Virus record (IMG/VR): IMGVR_UViG_3300029145_000004
Coordinates: 1-47,282 of that record
Strand: one strand, 5' to 3'
Source: a virus
Taxonomy: Duplodnaviria > Caudoviricetes
Length of the DNA stretch: 47,282 bases
The notes beneath the pieces were generated by a model. It ran no database searches. It had not been told where the DNA came from and was given only the letters and a program-made list of their open reading frames with translations. Positions 1 through 10,600 of this stretch are shown here, piece by piece; positions within the stretch are counted from its first letter, which is position 1; each line of letters starts with the position of its first letter. The translations under genes were made by a program, and so were the position numbers.

Positions 1-8
1 GTTTCCCA

Positions 9-106
9 GTCACTACTGTGGTGGTAGAAGAACCTGCACCTGCTCCAGTACACTGGAATCTAGAGATTTCTGCTGTAACGGCTGTATTCATTATGGCTTG
101 TTTGTT
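9..106 (+). repeat. Terminal direct repeat of the contig (circular assembly overlap), identical to 47185..47282
   Basis: 98-nt exact match gtcactactgtgg...ggcttgtttgtt at both ends; an ORF reads through the junction. Confidence 0.95.
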
Positions 107-136
107 GTCTCTCATCATTGGTGGTTTGGTGAACTT

Positions 137-367
137 ATGAAACTCTCTTGGCCTGACCTTACGTTAGAGCCAATAAACTTGTACAACCTGCCAGCGCAAT
201 TCTGGCAGGAAGCAAGTGCTCTGACAGAGAAGGATGTGATGGATAAGCTGAAAGAAATGCCTGAGATTGATGTATTAGAAATCTTAGACATAACTACAGA
301 AGACTTAGTGGATAGGTTTCAGGATAAGATAGAAGAACGGAGGGACTATTTTGAAGAGGACCTTTAA
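137..367 (+). CDS. Acidic hypothetical phage protein
   Basis: ATG at 137 overlaps the TGA of the junction-spanning ORF (ATGA); C-terminal motif DVLEILDITTEDLVDRFQDKIEE. Confidence 0.7.
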   Translation: MKLSWPDLTLEPINLYNLPAQFWQEASALTEKDVMDKLKEMPEIDVLEILDITTEDLVDRFQDKIEERRDYFEEDL

Positions 368-1061
368 GGTATTAGATCATGGTTTTGTTACCTTAAGAAA
401 TGTATCTGGTCCCACTAGGAGAATAGATCAAGAGTTTGATGCTGATGATACAGATCCAGCTAACTCAGCAAGAATGAGTTTCGATCTAACTGATTCTGAT
501 AGGACTAGAGAAGATGATTTAAAGCTGTGTAACTATCTAATGAAACACTGGCATACCACACCAACAGAGATGGTAGAGATATGGTTAGAGATGAAACTAC
601 CTATCTTCATTGCTAGACAATTTGTTAGACATAGAACAGCCACTATTAATGAGGTATCAGGTAGATATGTTACATTACCTGAAGAATGGTATATACCTGA
701 TGTAGTAGGTGGAAAAGCTAAGAGCAATAAGCAGGGTCAAGAGGATAATCTGAACGAAGAAATTCAACTGTACTTCAGAGAAGATCTGAATAATAGTTGC
801 AGAGACTCGTATTCTTTGTATAAGTATTATATACACCAAGGTGTAGCTCCAGAGCACGCACGTATATTTTTGCATCTGAATCACTATACTCATTGGCTAT
901 GGAAGCAGGATTTACACAACATGATGCACTTCTTATCTCTAAGAATGGATGAGCATGCACAAGTAGAAGCTAGGAGATATGCTAATGTGATATACAACCT
1001 TCTTAAAGAAGTGTTACCTGAAACTATGAAGCTATTTGAAAAATACAGGATGTATAAATGA
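351..1061 (+). CDS. thyX: Flavin-dependent thymidylate synthase
   Basis: ThyX motif RQFVRHRTATINEVSGRY; VLDHGFVTL N-terminus; PEHARIFL and HAQVEAR motifs. Confidence 0.95.
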   Translation: MKRTFKVLDHGFVTLRNVSGPTRRIDQEFDADDTDPANSARMSFDLTDSDRTREDDLKLCNYLMKHWHTTPTEMVEIWLEMKLPIFIARQFVRHRTATINEVSGRYVTLPEEWYIPDVVGGKAKSNKQGQEDNLNEEIQLYFREDLNNSCRDSYSLYKYYIHQGVAPEHARIFLHLNHYTHWLWKQDLHNMMHFLSLRMDEHAQVEARRYANVIYNLLKEVLPETMKLFEKYRMYK

Positions 1062-1414
1062 ACATACCAGAAAATATTTATGCAACAACCAAGAACATAA
1101 TTTCTTGGGGATATGATACAAACATCATAGGAGGATCTACAGCTAAAGACCAGTTATGTAAACTTATACAGGAAGTAGGAGAGGTATCAGACGCTATCTG
1201 TAAAGATGATAGAGAAAACCTCATTAAAGAAATAGGAGATATGTACGTAATACTTTCTATTCTTTGTGAGATGCATGACATCTCCCTACCTGAATGCGCT
1301 GAGGCTGCTTATAAGAAGATTAGCACTAGACAAGGAGTTATGTTCGATGGAGTGTTTATAAAGAGCACTGATCCTGAATATTCAGATATATTAAAGAAAC
1401 TAGGAAGAGAATAG
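1058..1414 (+). CDS. MazG-like nucleotide pyrophosphohydrolase
   Basis: KLIQEVGEVSDAI...KEIGD (ExxE...ExxD) all-alpha NTP-PPase motif. Confidence 0.85.
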   Translation: MNIPENIYATTKNIISWGYDTNIIGGSTAKDQLCKLIQEVGEVSDAICKDDRENLIKEIGDMYVILSILCEMHDISLPECAEAAYKKISTRQGVMFDGVFIKSTDPEYSDILKKLGRE

Positions 1415-2422
1415 ATGGATTTATATCAACAAGTAATACATAAGAGCAGGTATGCTAGATATACAGATGAACATAAGCGTAGAGAGTCGTGGGAAGACAC
1501 AGTTGAGAGGTTAATAACCTACCTCTCCAGTAAAATAGACTTCTCTGCTAGTGAGTCTTGGCCTTACTACAAGGATGATCTAAAGAAGGCTATACTAAAC
1601 CTAGAAGTAATGCCTAGTATGCGTCTTTTAATGACTGCTGGGGAGGCTGTAGAACGTGAGAACATAGCAGCTTACAATTGTTCTTACTTAGCTATTAATA
1701 ACAAGAGAGCCTTCTCTGAAGCGCTGTACATTCTAATGTGTGGTACTGGTGTAGGATTCTCCTGTGAAAGACAGGAAGTAGCAAAGCTGCCTACAATACC
1801 AGAGAAATTGGAGAAAGTAGATGACGTCATTGTGGTATCAGATAGTAAAAGAGGATGGGCGGTTGCATTTAAAAAGCTACTGTCAAGCCTGTGGGAAGGA
1901 GAGATCCCAAAAGTTGACTACTCTAGAGTTAGACAAGCTGGAGCACGTCTTAAGACTTTCGGTGGAAGGGCATCTGGTCCCGACCCTTTGCGGAGATTGT
2001 TTACATTCACAGAAAAGACCTTCAGAGGCGCAGCAGGAAGAAAATTAACATCTCTAGAAGTACATGACTTAATGTGTATGATTGGAGAGATTGTTGTGGT
2101 TGGTGGTGTAAGACGTAGTGCTCTTATTAGCCTTTCTAATCTCTCTGACAAACGTATGCAGAATGCTAAGACAGGGGAATGGTGGACAGACAATCCGCAA
2201 CGTGGTTTAGCTAACAACTCTGCTGTGTATACAGAAAAACCAGACATGGAAACATTCATGGAGGAGTGGCTCTCCCTGGTTAAGAGTAAGAGTGGAGAAC
2301 GTGGTATATTTAGTAGAATAGCTTCTCAGAAGCAAGCAGCTAAATATGGTTTACGTAGTCCTGATTTAGACTACGGAACCAATCCTTGTTCTGAAATTAT
2401 CTTACGAGATAAACAATTCTGT
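1415..2422 (+). CDS. nrdJ: Class II (adenosylcobalamin-dependent) ribonucleotide reductase, exon 1
   Basis: PSMR, YNCSY, GTGVGFS, GGVRRSALISL, TNPCSEI motifs; ends at QFC at the intron 5' splice site. Confidence 0.93.
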
Positions 2423-2606
2423 TAGAAATGGCAGAAGTAAAATCGTGTGAATTCAGTGGACACCCAGAACGGGCAATACTGAGCCAAGCCGGAAACGGAA
2501 GGTGCAACGACTATCCGAAAGGAGTACACTCAAGTGAGTGGAAGCGCACGACACACTGTAAGTGTGATGATATAGTCTAAGCTGCATAGGAATATGCAGA
2601 TGGGTA

Positions 2607-2635
2607 TTGACTCCTACTATGAATTATGTTAATAT
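2607..2635 (+). promoter_or_regulatory. Intron-internal sigma70-like promoter for the homing endonuclease
   Basis: TTGACT-N17-TAATAT, 27 nt upstream of ATG 2663. Confidence 0.55.
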
Positions 2636-2662
2636 ATGTTAATTACATAATTAGGAGTTGTA

Positions 2663-3112
2663 ATGGAAAAGAATAGACAAGGGAATTTTGTTAGTGAAAC
2701 TCATAGAGAATGTACCAATTGTAGTACTATTTTCGAGAAGACTAGCAAGATGACTTTATGCAAGAACTGTAATAGTAGTAGAGTTAAGAGTATGACCCCT
2801 GAATGGAAAATGCATCAGAGAGCTAAGGTTAGAGCAAAAGAAGAAGGTCGTAGCTTTAACATCTTAGTATCTGACGTTGTTATCCCAGACACTTGTCCAG
2901 TATTAGGTATAAAACTTAATATGAATTCTGGTAGATCAGGAGCATACCCTAACTCTCCCTCTTTAGATAGAACTGATAATTCTATAGGCTATGAGAAGCA
3001 TAATGTACAAGTTATCTCACAAGCCGCTAACAGAATGAAAGGTCAGGCTACTAATAAGGAATTGCATTTATTTGCCCAATGGATTCTTAAACATGTCCCT
3101 GCTACAGATTAA
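2663..3112 (+). CDS. Intron-encoded His-Me finger (HNH-like) homing endonuclease
   Basis: CxxC/CxxC zinc motif, CPVLG, SLDRTDNSIGYEKHNVQVISQAANRMK; AGGAG RBS; lies in the intron P9 region. Confidence 0.85.
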   Translation: MEKNRQGNFVSETHRECTNCSTIFEKTSKMTLCKNCNSSRVKSMTPEWKMHQRAKVRAKEEGRSFNILVSDVVIPDTCPVLGIKLNMNSGRSGAYPNSPSLDRTDNSIGYEKHNVQVISQAANRMKGQATNKELHLFAQWILKHVPATD

Positions 3113-3134
3113 CGACCTGTCGTGAATATAACTG

Positions 3135-4013
3135 AATTTAACAGAGGTAGTTGTACGCTCTACAGATTCCTTTGAAGATTTGAAGCGTAAAGTAGAACTT
3201 GCTACAATATTAGGAACTATACAGAGTAGCTTAACAGACTTCGGATTTCTCTCTGAAGAATGGAAAAGAAACACTGAAGAAGAACGCTTGCTAGGCGTGT
3301 CATTAACTGGTATAATGGACCATGTAGATTTAAGTATAGATGATGAATATCTAACTAATAATTTAGAGGCGTTACGTGAGCATGCGAGAGAAGTTAATAC
3401 ACGATGGGCTAATGTTCTTGGCATACCTGTCTCTTCTAGCATCACTTGTGTTAAACCCTCAGGTACTGTTAGTCAGTTGGTTAATAGCGCTAGTGGTATA
3501 CATAGTAGGCACAGTTCGTTTTATATCAGACGTATAAGGATGGATAAGAAAGACCCTGTTTATTCGTTCTTAAAAGAGAAGGGTGTACCTGTAGAAGATG
3601 AGGCACATAGACCAGACAGTACAGCGGTGTTTAGCTTCCCTATTAAGGCTCCAGAAGGGGCTATATGTAGAAACGATAGAACAGCTATAGAACAGCTTGA
3701 ATTGTGGCTCATATACCAGAGGCATTGGTGTGAACATAAACCTTCTATAACTGTCTCTGTTAAGGAGAATGAATGGATGGAAGTAGGTGCATGGGTGTAT
3801 AAACACTTTGATGAAATGAGTGGAGTGTCTTTCCTTCCTTTCTCAGATCATACATACCAGCAGGCCCCCTATGAAGATATAGAGGAGGAAACCTACAATA
3901 AACTGGTAGCTCAAATGCCTACAGACATTAAGTGGGAAGAGCTAATTGAAGAAGATGATGCTACAGAAGGAGCACAGCAGTTAGCCTGTGTTTCAGGGAG
4001 TTGTGAAATATGA
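3135..4013 (+). CDS. nrdJ: Class II ribonucleotide reductase, exon 2 (spliced protein ~628 aa)
   Basis: NLTEV, ITCVKPSGTVSQL, WCEHKPSIT, QAPYE; C-terminal redox pair CVSGSC; in frame with ORF 3180..4013. Confidence 0.93.
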   Translation, partial: NLTEVVVRSTDSFEDLKRKVELATILGTIQSSLTDFGFLSEEWKRNTEEERLLGVSLTGIMDHVDLSIDDEYLTNNLEALREHAREVNTRWANVLGIPVSSSITCVKPSGTVSQLVNSASGIHSRHSSFYIRRIRMDKKDPVYSFLKEKGVPVEDEAHRPDSTAVFSFPIKAPEGAICRNDRTAIEQLELWLIYQRHWCEHKPSITVSVKENEWMEVGAWVYKHFDEMSGVSFLPFSDHTYQQAPYEDIEEETYNKLVAQMPTDIKWEELIEEDDATEGAQQLACVSGSCEI

Positions 4014-4216
4014 GTGAAGAGATGATGGTGGGAGGAGACATAGAGGAAATATTTGAAGCTATTGTCTCTGAAATGGAAGGGGAAGGTATGGACTTTAAGG
4101 AAGAGGTGGGATTCTTTCAAGTAGAGATTCCTAACAGATCAGACCTATCCTTCACTGTCTATGTAGTAGACAAGAAAACAGAAGATATGTTCACTAATGT
4201 GGAGGGATTACATTGA
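4010..4216 (+). CDS. Acidic hypothetical protein
   Basis: ATGA-coupled to nrdJ; very D/E rich. Confidence 0.65.
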   Translation: MSEEMMVGGDIEEIFEAIVSEMEGEGMDFKEEVGFFQVEIPNRSDLSFTVYVVDKKTEDMFTNVEGLH

Positions 4217-4485
4217 GTTTATCTGAAGACCATAAGGAATATATGGAGAGTTTGGTTAATAAACCTTCCCATTACAACCAAGGTGATATAGAATGTATAG
4301 ATGCTATTAAAGCTGCTACTAAAGGTAAACTAGGGATAGAAGCAGCATGTGTAGCTAATGTCATTAAATATCTCTGGAGATATGAAGTTAAAGGTACACC
4401 AGTAGTTGATGCTAAGAAAGCTAGATGGTATTTGAACAAACTAATAGACGAACTAGAGGAAGTATATGGACAAAACACTAAGTGA
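4213..4485 (+). CDS. DUF3310 / T7 gp1.7-like protein
   Basis: VNKPSHYNQGDIECIDAI...NVIKYLWRY...DAKKARWYL signature. Confidence 0.85.
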   Translation: MSLSEDHKEYMESLVNKPSHYNQGDIECIDAIKAATKGKLGIEAACVANVIKYLWRYEVKGTPVVDAKKARWYLNKLIDELEEVYGQNTK

Positions 4486-4678
4486 TGTTGTGAAGAGAGA
4501 GCAGGAATCTCCTCTCGAAGAGGAATATTATGAGAAGCTATACAAGATAGAAGGAGTACCTGGAAAGGTGTTTAGATTTATCTCTTCTGATAGAGACAGC
4601 ATATTATTTGCTCCCTTCTCTAAAGAAGATGGTAGATATTGGATTGAAAATAACCCTAAGAAAGTGAGAATGCTATGA
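4466..4678 (+). CDS. Hypothetical protein
   Basis: GAGGA RBS, overlaps neighbours. Confidence 0.6.
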   Translation: MDKTLSDVVKREQESPLEEEYYEKLYKIEGVPGKVFRFISSDRDSILFAPFSKEDGRYWIENNPKKVRML

Positions 4679-4899
4679 AAACTATTACTAAGTATAACCC
4701 TAAGTTCAACTGCTGGTATGAGTTTAATCCTGTCAGAGAAGAGATAGTTAATATGACAGAAGTGTTACGAGCATTAGTGAATCACTCAGATAGAGTGCTC
4801 ATTCACTTGAATGAAGAAGCTGTAGACTATGAAGCTGAATATGAATACATGCTAGATAAACTAGACAGCATTATGTATCCTAACCTCAATGTCTATTAA
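4675..4899 (+). CDS. Hypothetical protein, last gene of the + arm
   Basis: ATGA coupling with the upstream ORF. Confidence 0.6.
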   Translation: MKTITKYNPKFNCWYEFNPVREEIVNMTEVLRALVNHSDRVLIHLNEEAVDYEAEYEYMLDKLDSIMYPNLNVY

Positions 4900-4908
4900 A
4901 TAGCTTCT

Positions 4909-4960
4909 AAGGGGTTTACACGGGCTTTTAATTACTTTCCCGGCCTAATGTATACCCCTT
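4909..4960. terminator. Imperfect long hairpin at the convergence of the two arms (putative bidirectional terminator)
   Basis: aaggggtttaca...tgtatacccctt inverted repeat between convergent ORFs. Confidence 0.5.
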
Positions 4961-4976
4961 CCCTTTTAACTCCCTT

Positions 4977-5258
4977 CTAGAGCTTCTTATTCGATTCTCT
5001 AATGTAGTTCTCAATATTACGAACAGATTCACCAATACTTCCCACCATCTCCCTTAAGTCACTCTTCAGTGATTCTATTTTATCATCGTGTTCCTTTCTA
5101 GTTATATACAGCCTAGCATCTTCTACACGATGTTCATGTAGCCCTTGTTCCAATTTATCTACCCTATTATATATTCTCTTCACTAAAAACATCAATAATG
5201 TAGAGATAGCTGAGAAGAGTCCCAGTCCTATCTCCAGTGCATACTCTACGAACATCAT
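4977..5258 (-). CDS. Single-TM coiled-coil membrane protein (holin-like)
   Basis: N-terminal hydrophobic helix followed by a charged coiled coil; last gene of the virion arm. Confidence 0.55.
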   Translation of the reverse strand: MMFVEYALEIGLGLFSAISTLLMFLVKRIYNRVDKLEQGLHEHRVEDARLYITRKEHDDKIESLKSDLREMVGSIGESVRNIENYIRESNKKL

Positions 5259-7675
5259 GCTTCTCCTAGTAACATCTTGGCTTCTCTTTCCCTTCGTTTA
5301 ATCAAACCTCTGTTCTCTTTCAGTTCACCTGTACTAGGATCTCTTACTTTATTATGTCTTAACATAATTTCAGCAGCTGTTTCAAGTTCTCCTTTATTAA
5401 CTGCATTGATTATGTCTTTACCTGATTGATCCCATATAGCAGGTCCAAGGTTAAACTCAAAGGAAGCTAAAGCAGCCATCTGTTCTTCTGTAAGAGAAGT
5501 GTTTAACTTGTCCTTAAATGATGAGTGATTTTGTATTTGAGTTTCTAGCTCTCTTTCTGCCTGATCTCTAGATATAGTGTCTCCTAATTTAACAGGCTGT
5601 CCATTTAGTGTAGTAAATCCATAACCAATAGTAGGTACTCCAGCTTGGTCTAGATAGGCATTCTCTCTAAACCCTTCCTCACTCTTAATTAGCTCTGTAA
5701 CTCCTTCAGGTGCTCTGTTTAGTTTCTGTCTTCTAGTGTCTATAGCATTACGAACATCTTCTACAGAACCACCAGAATAGATGTCAGCTAATAGATCTGA
5801 AGCTTGAGGTACACTCATTCCAAATAAAGTAGATTTAAACTTGATGAGGTCATTATACTTTCTACCAAACCTATTGTTAAATTGTTTAAGAAGCTCTCTA
5901 TCTTTAGGTGTGTCACCGTTAGTGAAGAATTGTAATGTACCGTTAGGCAACACTCTAGGTCTAATAGTTACACCCTGTTCTCTAGCGGAGTTAAGGAACC
6001 TGTTCCTATCTGGCTCTAACACACTGGCTTGTTTAACTCCTAGTTCCACTAGCTGAGCCTTAGTGGCGTCTGTAGCATTCTCTAGATGTTTTCTATTAGA
6101 AGGATCTCCTATCTTATGAATGATGTCTGTCATAGCTTTAAAAGCTGTGCCAGGAGCCTTACCTATGTTATTATCTATAACTTCTACAGCACTATTCACC
6201 ATCTTCTCGAAGTCAGTAGCTACCTTATTACCTGGGTTAGTTATGTCTTCAGGTACACTTCCTTTAAGAGCGGAGTCCAGCATGTTAGCCATGTCAGAAG
6301 TCTGTCCATCCGTACTCTCTAAAGACCTAGACAAGCTAGGACTGTTAACAGCACCTAAGAGCAAGTTCTCAAACATAGGAGTAAAGCTATCTTGCATATG
6401 AGGCTGTCTCTGGAACAAACTAGCGTTCTGTACCCAAGGGGACATTAGATTGGCTACACGAGCCATCTCAGGATTAAATCCTCCTTGTTGAACCTGTCTC
6501 TGCCATTGGTTTTGAATAACAGACATCTGGTTCTTAGCTATATTAGCTGCTTCTTCTCCATTAGATGCTGTCTCTAATGTCTTAGCTAAATTCTCCATAG
6601 AGCCTAGCCAGTTGTCTCTGAAATCTTTAAACTCAGGAGTGTTGGTTATAGATGCTTTCCTACCCATCTCATTAATCTCTGCTCTCTTCATAGTTAAGAT
6701 TTGATTAACCTGAAGCTTAGCGTTAGTGAGATCAGAAGCTTTCATCTCAGGAGAGAATAGGCCGGTCACTTCCTGAGAGAATTCGTTATAGGAACCTACA
6801 CCAGTAAACCTACCATGCTGACGTAAGAGAGACAAACCTTCCTCTTGAGACATTGTGTCCTTAGCCTCTCTAAGTCTCTTACCTTCTTCCCATGCCACTT
6901 CCTGTTGTCTGAATGTGTTAAGCTGTAACTCCAGTTGATCTGTAGGAGTGTTAAAGTCAAAAGGTAGATTAGCCTTGTCAAGCTGCTTTATAGCTCTATC
7001 ACGTCTAGCCGTGTCTTCTTGAGCATCAGCAGCTACAAGTTTGTCATGTAGACGTAGACGTTCTCTAGCACCAGACAGGTTAAGAGTGGCTTCTGCATGA
7101 GCAGTGAGTTCTCCAATGAGTCCTGGACGTTTAGCAATAGCCCTACGTAAGGCTTCTCTGGTTCTAATCTCAAATTCATCAAGAGACATAGCACCAGAAC
7201 GTTCTGCCTTCTTAAGCCTATTAGTGATGTCAGCAAACTCAGGAGCCAAAGCATCAACAGACTCCTTAGCTCCTAGTTCATCGTCTATAAACTCCTTCTT
7301 ACGTTCAGCTACATTAAGGTCTACAGAAGCATCTTCAAACCTACTCCTTTGTTCCTCATTAAACCCTTCTTGTCTAGTTTCAGTAGCTAGGTCAAACTCA
7401 TCTAGAATGTCCTTCTCAAGATTAGCTTTAGCTATTCCTTCATCAACATCTAGAGCAAATTGGCCTAGTCCTCGTATAGCACCTGAGATTCCTTCAGCTC
7501 CACGAGCAGCAGCCTCTCCACGGAATATACCACTTCTGTCTACTACGCCTTGACGAGAGAAGCTAGCTGCTTGTAAGTCAGGACCAGAAAGAGATCCCCC
7601 TGTATTTGTTGTTGTGGGCTTACGCCCAACACTGTCCACCATTATTCTTTCTCCACTAATTGAGAGTTTTCCCAC
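5255..7675 (-). CDS. Internal virion (ejection) protein with C-terminal GH24 lysozyme domain
   Basis: LIKSEEGFRENAYLDQAGVPTIGYG (E-x8-D-x5-T triad), ALASFEFNLG, GLIKRREREA. Confidence 0.85.
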   Translation of the reverse strand: MGKLSISGERIMVDSVGRKPTTTNTGGSLSGPDLQAASFSRQGVVDRSGIFRGEAAARGAEGISGAIRGLGQFALDVDEGIAKANLEKDILDEFDLATETRQEGFNEEQRSRFEDASVDLNVAERKKEFIDDELGAKESVDALAPEFADITNRLKKAERSGAMSLDEFEIRTREALRRAIAKRPGLIGELTAHAEATLNLSGARERLRLHDKLVAADAQEDTARRDRAIKQLDKANLPFDFNTPTDQLELQLNTFRQQEVAWEEGKRLREAKDTMSQEEGLSLLRQHGRFTGVGSYNEFSQEVTGLFSPEMKASDLTNAKLQVNQILTMKRAEINEMGRKASITNTPEFKDFRDNWLGSMENLAKTLETASNGEEAANIAKNQMSVIQNQWQRQVQQGGFNPEMARVANLMSPWVQNASLFQRQPHMQDSFTPMFENLLLGAVNSPSLSRSLESTDGQTSDMANMLDSALKGSVPEDITNPGNKVATDFEKMVNSAVEVIDNNIGKAPGTAFKAMTDIIHKIGDPSNRKHLENATDATKAQLVELGVKQASVLEPDRNRFLNSAREQGVTIRPRVLPNGTLQFFTNGDTPKDRELLKQFNNRFGRKYNDLIKFKSTLFGMSVPQASDLLADIYSGGSVEDVRNAIDTRRQKLNRAPEGVTELIKSEEGFRENAYLDQAGVPTIGYGFTTLNGQPVKLGDTISRDQAERELETQIQNHSSFKDKLNTSLTEEQMAALASFEFNLGPAIWDQSGKDIINAVNKGELETAAEIMLRHNKVRDPSTGELKENRGLIKRREREAKMLLGEA

Positions 7676-10600
7676 AACTCTACTACACGTTTATCACCTT
7701 CATTACGTGTAGCACTTTCTCTAAAGATTCTAATCATCTCTTTATGTTTCTCATTGTTAATATTTTTATGCATTTGAAACAAGCTTCTATACAAGTCTTG
7801 CTTGATGGTTCCTTTCTTAAACTCCTCATCTAGCTTAGCTTCAACATTCCTTTTAACTTCAGGGATGTCCTGCTTCTCTACAGAGAGTTCTATCATCTCG
7901 TTTAAACGAGCTACAGCTATTGGATAGTCGGGTTTACCTATCAATCTCTCCATTTTAACAAAGCGTTCAAACACCTCATTGGATACATCAGAGATGTGTT
8001 GTGTACGTTGCTTGTCTAGATCTATGATATCCCACATTCTTGCTTCTTCTCTAGTGGTAATACCTATCTTCTGAAAGAATATTTCTCCTTCAGTTACAGA
8101 AGCGCCATACCTAGTACCATACTTAGTTACCTTGTCGTTATACTGACGCATAGCAACAGCTTTGCCGTAGTTGTTAAAGAGGCTAGCTGTCTCTGACAGC
8201 CCTCTGGCTGCTAGTACAAGCTTCTCTTCACTATCTATAGTGTCAGCATTCCATAAACTCTTAATGTCTGTTACAGCCTTAGTGAAACTATCTAGGGCTT
8301 GCGGACCTGGGAATCTAGGGTTTTGTTTGTTGTTGTCAGTGAAACCAGATAAGTTAACCAACATCTCATAGAGAGGGAAGTTATCAGGAATAGGAGTCAT
8401 AGCTTTAGACATTGCTATATCACTTCTTCCAGGTAAACTTCCCTTGAATGTATCTCCTACTATCTCCCACTTGGTGTCAGGATCAGCAAACCATACGTCT
8501 ATAGAAGTGTTAGTTAGAGCATCAGAGATGCCTCCCTTCATTTCATTATACGCCTGTTTTGTTTCATCAGAAGCAAACTTATCTACCACTTCATCCATGT
8601 ATGTGAGACCTACAGCACCCATAGGAAGTCCATAAGCACCATATAACACCATACGAGCAGAAGCTAGCTTAACCTTCTCCTTAGGAGTTAGGGTTTTACT
8701 AGAAAGAAGCTGCATAAATCCTTTCTGTTGTACAGCCATAAACTGGAAGACAACACCAAGAGCACCATTCTGAAAAGGCATAGCACCTGCTCTACCAATC
8801 ATGCTGTGGTTAATATCCCAGCTATCGGCAGTGATACGAGCTATGTTATCAGGAGTGTTCCAATCTTTTCCAGGATTATTATTCTGCCATCTGTCTCTAG
8901 CATACAACCAGGTACCTATGTTATTAGCCATCTCAGCAGGAGTATATCCAACACTCTTACCTATACGGCCAGGAGCAGAGACAGCATTAGTAGTGACATC
9001 TATAGTGCTTCTAGCTAAAGAAGGATCTATTTGAAATCCTGCTTGTTGCCATGCTCCATATAGCACTTGGTTTAAGTCAACAGCTTGTGGCAAACCACTA
9101 TTATAAATAGCATCCACTGTAGCATCAAAGTCTTTAGGGTCCATACGAGAAGCTTTCTTAGCTGCTTCATATGCTGCCTTACCAAACCCCTCTCTACCTC
9201 TCATATGCGGAGCACGAGAAACTACAGCAGCTATAACAGAAGGTATTTCTGTAGGACTTCTAGAAGCATAAGTAGGACTAATAACATTTAGCTCCAACAG
9301 TTGTTGAGGCTGTACAATCCATTGCTTAGGAGGATTCATGTAGATGAACAAGTGAGAAGCTAAGCTCTTTGTAAGTCTTACAGGTAAGTTACCTTGTTTA
9401 CCTACAGTTCTTAACATATCTGCTGTCTGAGGACCAGCAAATTTAATGTCCTCCATAACATTAGCTATGTTATTGAACGTAGATCTCCATACCCTATCTC
9501 CAAATGTCTGAGAATAGTTCATCTCCTTATATTGCTCTAAGAGGCGTTGTGCAACTTTAAACCTCTTAAGATCTTCAGGACCACTAGCAGGCTTCTGCCT
9601 TAATGCTGTAACATCACTAGGGAAGTTCTTAGTTCCATTAACTACAGGAATAAACTCATCAGCAAACTTCATGAAGTCTTTCTCAAAAGACTCTTTGAAA
9701 GGCTGCCATGCTTTCATTCTAGTGAGTGTTCTAGTGGTGTCTGCAAAAGCTTCTAGAGGATCTTCCAGTCTAGAAAATCCATGTATAGTAGGTAGTCTTT
9801 CTCCTCTCTTACGTATGTTATTAGTTGTGTCTCTATATAGTTTATAGGCTTGTAAAGAAGCATCTCCTGTATTCTCTGTAGCTTCTCTAGACTTCAGAGT
9901 ACCTTCAGGAAATTCAGATTTAAGCTGCTCTATAAATCTATCAGCCTCTTCCTTAGTTCTACCTGCTCCTACTGTTTTAACATGCTCATCCAGAGCAACC
10001 CCTGTAACAGCCTTACCATCTACTGTTAGTTTGTTAGGAGTGAAATCAATAAACCAAGCTTCTTTATTTCTACGAGGAATCCACCCTTCTACTTTAGGGA
10101 GAGTTCTTGTAGGAAGCTTAGCAAGTCTTTGCTCACCTCTAAGAATAGCATGGTTGTATATTCTATCTCCCACTTTAATAGGCTCATTAATCTTAACTAC
10201 ACTTAACCCATCTAAGTCTCTAGGCGTAGGCATAGAATTAGATTGAGAGAAATCCCACACTTCTCTAGGGAGCTCGGCTCCTTCGTCTAATACTTTACCA
10301 TAACCAAGAAGAACACCATCACCATCATAGATACCTTGGAAGCCTTGTCCTTCTAAACCATCTCTATGAACCTTATTAGCTAATTCATAAGCATAATCTG
10401 CACCACGCTTATAAGAGTAATAAGACTTAGCTAGACTCTCTAGTTCCTTTTGTTTTAAACCAGGAAACTCTATAGCCAATTCATCAGGAGTAAAGAACCT
10501 CTGTGTTTCTTGCGTTTCATTCATCAACTTAGACAACTCTCTCTTATGAGGAGTATCTAATATTTCCTTACGAATCAAAGAGAAAAAGGCTGCCTCATCT

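Larger units (their letters stand above)
2423..3134 (+). ncRNA. Group I intron (IA2-type) interrupting nrdJ, 712 nt
   Basis: P1 ttctgt/gcagaa with U.G wobble at the splice site; P3 tcgtgtg/cgcacga; P4 ttcagt/actgag; P7 gactat/atagtc; P7.1, P7.2, P8 and P9 hairpins; terminal G3134; splicing restores in-frame QFC|NLTEVVVR. Confidence 0.93.

Noticed and set aside
9-106. Biological direct terminal repeat
   Set aside because: It falls mid-ORF within an operon, so it is an assembly overlap; real ends are more likely at 32.1-32.9 kb
2420-2425. TAG stop-codon reassignment or readthrough in nrdJ
   Set aside because: The TAG is the first three intron bases; other genes end normally in TAG and coding density is high with the standard code
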